A DNA stretch of 61,571 bases, the filler included, from Globobulimina sp. (lineage: Eukaryota), in NCBI GenBank assembly GCA_003354225.1. It is 19 parts of 19 records of this genome, joined end to end, with 100 filler letters (N's around TTAATTAATTAA, not from the genome) between each part and the next. Parts side by side here need not be neighbours in the genome. Positions count along the whole stretch, not along the records: positions 55,184 to 58,327 come from PIVH01003593.1; positions 58,428 to 61,571 come from PIVH01003594.1; 17 more parts are not named here. One strand, given 5' to 3'. Below, in pieces: positions 57,389-61,571 of the stretch. Numbering within the stretch: the first letter of the stretch is position 1; each line of letters starts with the position of its first letter. The position numbers and the translations under genes are program-made. The notes under the pieces were generated by a model. The model was given only the letters and a program-made list of their open reading frames with translations. It made no database searches and was not told the origin of the DNA.

Positions 57389-58222
57389 TTAGTTATTTTC
57401 AGTTTTATGATTACCACCAATAAAATTATTATGATATCGAGCAAAGAAATAACAGCCAGCGCATGAAATAATATTTAGTAATGCAGCTAATATAAAACAT
57501 AAACAGAACACTAAACCAATTAATAATATTAATGTTGGATCTACAAAACTTTCATCACCATTTGTAATATAATTAGCATGATAACCATATTCATGTTCAT
57601 ATCCACCAGCACCACCACCAACAATTTGCGATTCATAACCTTGTGGTTCATTATATATATCATCATCACCTAATAATTCATTATAATATGATTTTTTAGC
57701 TTGATATTTGGAAACCGCGCCATAATGTTTCCCTAGTTTAAAATTATACCTTGCAAAGCTCGACACTCGATCCAATACCTCGTCTTCTGATTTTTTCCAG
57801 TAACCTTCAAATGGATTATCCTCTCCTGTCCAGTGTCGTTTTTTGGCTGCAACCAAAGCTGCTCTTATTTCACTGGCAATATTGACGGATTCGATTGTTG
57901 CACCTGGCTTTGGGACATACTTCGTATATAAATCATCCATGACTTGTATTACAGATCCATCTTTTTTGTGAAATGCGGCTTTTGCATTATGCACTGCTGC
58001 TAAAAATTGAAAATTTTCTTTTGAAAAAGAATCAATTGCACCTTTTATCATTGCGTCATAAACCTGTTGAACTTTTTTATTACTGTTAGCTTTGGGATAT
58101 TCTTTTCTTATAAATGCTGCAATTGCTGTTGGACATTTGGCGGTAATATCTTTATCCAAAACATGTTGTGCTGTCAATTCAACCTCTTCTTCAACCGTGG
58201 CCTTGCTTGAACCTCCACCCAT
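57389..58222 (-). CDS. RGS-domain protein with Tyr/Gly-rich linker and C-terminal transmembrane helix
   Basis: FSKENFQFLAAV…LYTKYV…SVNIASEIR is RGS-like. The ORF starts MGGGSS but the frame is open upstream to a splice acceptor near 58270. C-terminal TM LILLIGLVFCLCFILAALLNII. Confidence 0.7.
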   Translation of the reverse strand: MGGGSSKATVEEEVELTAQHVLDKDITAKCPTAIAAFIRKEYPKANSNKKVQQVYDAMIKGAIDSFSKENFQFLAAVHNAKAAFHKKDGSVIQVMDDLYTKYVPKPGATIESVNIASEIRAALVAAKKRHWTGEDNPFEGYWKKSEDEVLDRVSSFARYNFKLGKHYGAVSKYQAKKSYYNELLGDDDIYNEPQGYESQIVGGGAGGYEHEYGYHANYITNGDESFVDPTLILLIGLVFCLCFILAALLNIISCAGCYFFARYHNNFIGGNHKTENN

Positions 58223-58427
58223 GATGTTGTAGATATCTCTGCTGGTTTGCTTGACTGGGAACGTTTCCCTGTATTTAAAGTTAGTTAGGACTAAAGAACT
58301 AAGAAAAACCTTACTTAAACAATAAATNNNNNNNNNNNNNNNNNNNNNNNNNNNNNNNNNNNNNNNNNNNNTTAATTAATTAANNNNNNNNNNNNNNNNN
58401 NNNNNNNNNNNNNNNNNNNNNNNNNNN

Positions 58428-58877
58428 TTTTTTTTGTGTGGTTGTGCGATTTTGCGTGTTACAGAAGTCACAGAGGTGGTAACTTTGTGGGGCGAGGGTG
58501 GGGTTGACGGTGCCGTTGCATTTTGGAATTAGGGTTTGTTGGATGTAATGATCAGAGGGCGGCTGGCTGTGCTTGTAGCAATATTGAAGGATATAAAAAA
58601 TAAAAACTTCTTTCTGATGGTGTGGGATTTGCGCATAGCGCGGGATGGGGAATAAGGTATCGTTATTCATCCAAGAATACGCACAATCGTTTGGGTCGCA
58701 GGCATCGCCGAGTTCTTCTTCGATGGGCAAGACGGGGTCGTTTAGTTCCTCTGCGATGATGTATTTTAAAAATAAGCCCACACCATTCGAGTCATGGTAG
58801 TTTGAGACATTGAGACGGCGGTAATATTGGGCCAAGGCGTCGTCTATGGCACGGAATTTTGAATCCGAGTGAGACAT
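58428..58877 (-). CDS. Hypothetical protein, N-terminal helical domain (3' truncated)
   Basis: ATG at 58877; globular-looking AIDDALAQYY…GVGLFLKY…FYILQYCY. Confidence 0.6.
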
Positions 58878-59043
58878 TCAAGCTTGACGGATGTCTCTGG
58901 AAAATAGGATTTTTATATTCGCAAAGCCAAGGTTTTTATTTACTGTGTGTCCCCACTCTGAAAAATGAATGATGTCGGTTCTTTTTCTGACGCTGGAGAA
59001 TTGCGCTGACATCAACAGAACATTTGATACAAATCAGCTCAAA

Positions 59044-60012
59044 TTATAAATAAGACAGTGAATGAAGTTCCTTTTCCGCTGTAGATACTTTCGGTATTGG
59101 TTCCTCATCGCAATCATCATCATAGAATTTCAACAATAACTCATAAATGCTATCACTCCCCAGAAAGATGTCTAACTTTCGCGTTTCATGACTGATCCAA
59201 TAATCAAATCTTTGCGCAGCCGACATATTCTCTTCCCATTGTATCATAAAATGCGTTTTTATATCTTTTGGGCCAACAAAAACATTCCACATTTTCAAGC
59301 CCAATGTTTTCGGCAAAGAATTTAAATAAATCATAGAGCCACAACATCCACACGCCGCAATTAAAAAAATCAAAGCAGAGCCGACATATAAATATATGGC
59401 TTCGTCAATGATCACATTGGTATTCAAACTTGTAAATATCCGCGAACACAAAGCATTGGTGTAACATGGCATTATTTCGCCAACGGAGACCCATTTGGTG
59501 CCGCTCTGACTTTGGAATGTAAAATCTGAGGATTTCACCCCATCGCAAACAGTTAAATTCCAGACTCGCCACGTTTGCTTCCAATCGTAACTGGTTTTGA
59601 CACTCGCCACACAGAGACAGGTTCCATTGATATTGAATGAATGTCCATAGCGATCGCGAACCACTCCCTTTTCGAATATAGTTATTCCGCCATAGGTCAT
59701 CAGACTGATCACACATAAAATTATGACACATAGTGAGTAAAACAAGCAATATTTGCACAGTTGTTTGGGACAATTATACGGTTTCGAGAAAATGTTCGTA
59801 CTGATGACATCAGAATGGCGAATGCTCTCAAAATATTTGGATTTGTCACATTTCAGGATTGATATTGATACAGCAGCTGAGTTCAGTGCAGTGTATGTAC
59901 AGGTTGTTGGTGTTGGCGTTCTCGTGCCAGGATTTGTGAGTAGATCTGAACAGCTTGCATTGGCTCTGTACAATACAAAGTTTTCAAAATCAAGTAATTT
60001 TTCAGACGACAT
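59044..60012 (-). CDS. Two-TM membrane protein with Cys-containing loop
   Basis: 322-aa ORF; two hydrophobic helices flank a loop with several Cys. Confidence 0.6.
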   Translation of the reverse strand: MSSEKLLDFENFVLYRANASCSDLLTNPGTRTPTPTTCTYTALNSAAVSISILKCDKSKYFESIRHSDVISTNIFSKPYNCPKQLCKYCLFYSLCVIILCVISLMTYGGITIFEKGVVRDRYGHSFNINGTCLCVASVKTSYDWKQTWRVWNLTVCDGVKSSDFTFQSQSGTKWVSVGEIMPCYTNALCSRIFTSLNTNVIIDEAIYLYVGSALIFLIAACGCCGSMIYLNSLPKTLGLKMWNVFVGPKDIKTHFMIQWEENMSAAQRFDYWISHETRKLDIFLGSDSIYELLLKFYDDDCDEEPIPKVSTAEKELHSLSYL

Positions 60013-60233
60013 GTTGACGAGGCTTTAACTGTAGTTTTTTTGTGGTATAAAACACTAAAAACAACTTTATATAATAAATCCATATGTAAGAGTTTGTTTG
60101 TTGGATAAATCCATATGCTGGGTACCAACAACATGGTATGGCGATTTCATTTGGATATTAAACATGCTGTTTGTGATAAATTATATCATTAAATTTTACT
60201 TTCCAAAAAGTTTTCAAGTCGCTGCCAACCATA

Positions 60234-61571
60234 ATGGGCAACACCACTTCGGAGAACATAAAACCAATAACCAAGTGTGCAACACCCACCGCATCTTCTC
60301 AAGTCGACACCGTAACTGGCTTACCCACCAAACATAGCTTTTCAACGACGGTTGAAGAACTAGTGAATACTGGCGATGTGAGGTGGGTATTAGCAATGAT
60401 AGACGTCGACCGTTTATCCAAGATCAACGAGACAGAATCTCGCCAAGCTGGCGACATCATCATACAAACCGTTGGGCGCGCAATCCAGTCGCTGATGGAG
60501 CAAAACAAAGAACGTTTTGTTGGCTTCCGGTGGGCTGAAGATAAATTTTATATATTTATCCATTGCAGAGAAGGCAAGAAATCGTTTGCTGAACAAAACG
60601 TGGCCAGCTTAATTTGCAAAATTGAAAACACGACAACAGCGACGGTCTCTGTGGGTTTGTCATATTTGCAAAAAGACGGAACAAGCACCGAATGGACAGA
60701 GCGCGTCGACCGGAATACGAAGCATAGGAAGAAAAGGTTTGGCGGCAATGGCTTTTGCTGGGACGTTAAGAAAAAATCAAAGAAAAAGAAGGCCAAAACG
60801 GAGGCAGCAAAGCCTGCCATATCAGAGGAGGAGAAAACGAATGACATTGCAGTCAATGATTGGTACTCTAAATACCAATTAAATGACATTAAAAACAAGT
60901 TAATCAAAGACTGGCCGTTGGAGAAGTTGCGGCGAATAAAAGATGCAAATGCTGTGTGCAAACAATTGGGTTTGAAGCAAATACACAAAATTCGGTTTAA
61001 AACAGCGATTGATTGCTTGCGGAAAAGTTGCTTAATTCTGCAGAAGAACGAGAGAGTGCAATTGAAAGCGGATGTTATTCACAGATATGATTACATTGTG
61101 ATGAACGAACGGAGTTCGCTGACCACTGTGACGGCGGGGATGCTATGTATTGAATGCTTTGAGCTGATAATGAAAAGTGGCGCGGTGATCGATATGAACG
61201 GCAAAGGTCAGGAGAATGGAGCGGGAGAAGGGGGCAATGTGTACGTTATGAAAATGCCGGTGTTGGGGCAGCCGCGCGGAGGAGGCGGAGGCGGTGGTTA
61301 TGGCAGTGCTGGCGTGGAGGGCACGGTTGGTAGAGGCGGCGCCGTCTATGGCAGTCGTAAGTTATTGAGGAGTAAGGAGGGAAACAAAATATTGGTGGGC
61401 TCCGCAGGCGGCTCTGGTTACAGTGGGGATGCTCGAGGCAGTGGCGGAGGGGGCATAAAACTTGTGTGTTTGGAGAAGTTTGTGGCGTATAAACATGTTA
61501 AATTGATGTGTAATGGCAGTGAAGGGGTGGGGTGTTCCGGCGGTGGCAGCGGAGGTTCGATATATTTACGC
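60234..61571 (+). CDS. Protein with N-myristoylation motif, degenerate GGDEF domain, SAM-like domain and Gly-rich domain (446 codons, 3' truncated; absent from the ORF track)
   Basis: Manual translation: MGNTTS…DTVTGLPTKHSF…LAMIDVDRLSKINE…AGDIIIQTVG…FRWAEDKF…TVSVGLS…RVD…K..GGN; then VNDWYSKYQL…KQLGLKQIHKIRFKTAIDCL; then GGGGGGYG…GG..YG…GSAGGSG…GGGSGGSI. Confidence 0.8.
   Translation, partial: MGNTTSENIKPITKCATPTASSQVDTVTGLPTKHSFSTTVEELVNTGDVRWVLAMIDVDRLSKINETESRQAGDIIIQTVGRAIQSLMEQNKERFVGFRWAEDKFYIFIHCREGKKSFAEQNVASLICKIENTTTATVSVGLSYLQKDGTSTEWTERVDRNTKHRKKRFGGNGFCWDVKKKSKKKKAKTEAAKPAISEEEKTNDIAVNDWYSKYQLNDIKNKLIKDWPLEKLRRIKDANAVCKQLGLKQIHKIRFKTAIDCLRKSCLILQKNERVQLKADVIHRYDYIVMNERSSLTTVTAGMLCIECFELIMKSGAVIDMNGKGQENGAGEGGNVYVMKMPVLGQPRGGGGGGGYGSAGVEGTVGRGGAVYGSRKLLRSKEGNKILVGSAGGSGYSGDARGSGGGGIKLVCLEKFVAYKHVKLMCNGSEGVGCSGGGSGGSIYLR

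Noticed and set aside
3152-58427. Regularly spaced identical TTAATTAATTAA elements about every 3.25 kb, resembling a repeat array
   Set aside because: Flanked by fixed 44-N runs; an artificial linker, not biological and not CRISPR.
60548-60988. Minus-strand 146-aa ORF and other short ORFs listed for 60098-60988
   Set aside because: They overlap the much longer plus-strand GGDEF-SAM frame (60234-61571), which has recognisable domains.
1-61571. Operon- or defence-island-style reading across neighbouring genes (e.g. ART + 2H phosphoesterase + AlkB + GGDEF)
   Set aside because: These genes are on different contigs ordered only by length, so their adjacency carries no information.

Overview
This window is not one locus. 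It is 19 unrelated contigs of about 3.15 kb (3151 down to 3144 bp, sorted by length), joined by 18 artificial 100-nt spacers (44 N + TTAATTAATTAA + 44 N), so gene neighbourhood means something only within a contig. The DNA is eukaryotic: AT-rich and gene-dense, with short GT-AG introns (about 38-111 nt), RPL21, AP-4 sigma, TMEM138, and PX, RGS, GPCR, Patched and PPR proteins. The lineage-specific families suggest a rhizarian, probably a foraminiferan; that assignment is inference. Highlights: (1) an ORF absent from the supplied track (60234-61571) encodes an N-myristoylation motif, a degenerate bacterial-type GGDEF (diguanylate cyclase) domain, a SAM-like domain and a Gly-rich domain; (2) three members of an apparently expanded ADP-ribosyltransferase-like family, two of which show an unusual H-S-E triad (YHG...ST[S/T]...ExE); (3) a TPP1/Est3-like telomere OB-fold protein; (4) a 1.86-kb internally deleted Ty3/Gypsy element with LTRs, PBS, PPT and a near-perfect TSD, whose fused pol remnant is still one ORF; (5) an in-frame chimeric gene at an apparent tandem-duplication junction; (6) a decayed MULE transposase divergent from a SAM-domain gene across a perfect 22-bp hairpin; (7) many head-to-head gene pairs whose start codons are only 24-60 nt apart. 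All domain calls come from manual motif recognition, not database searches.
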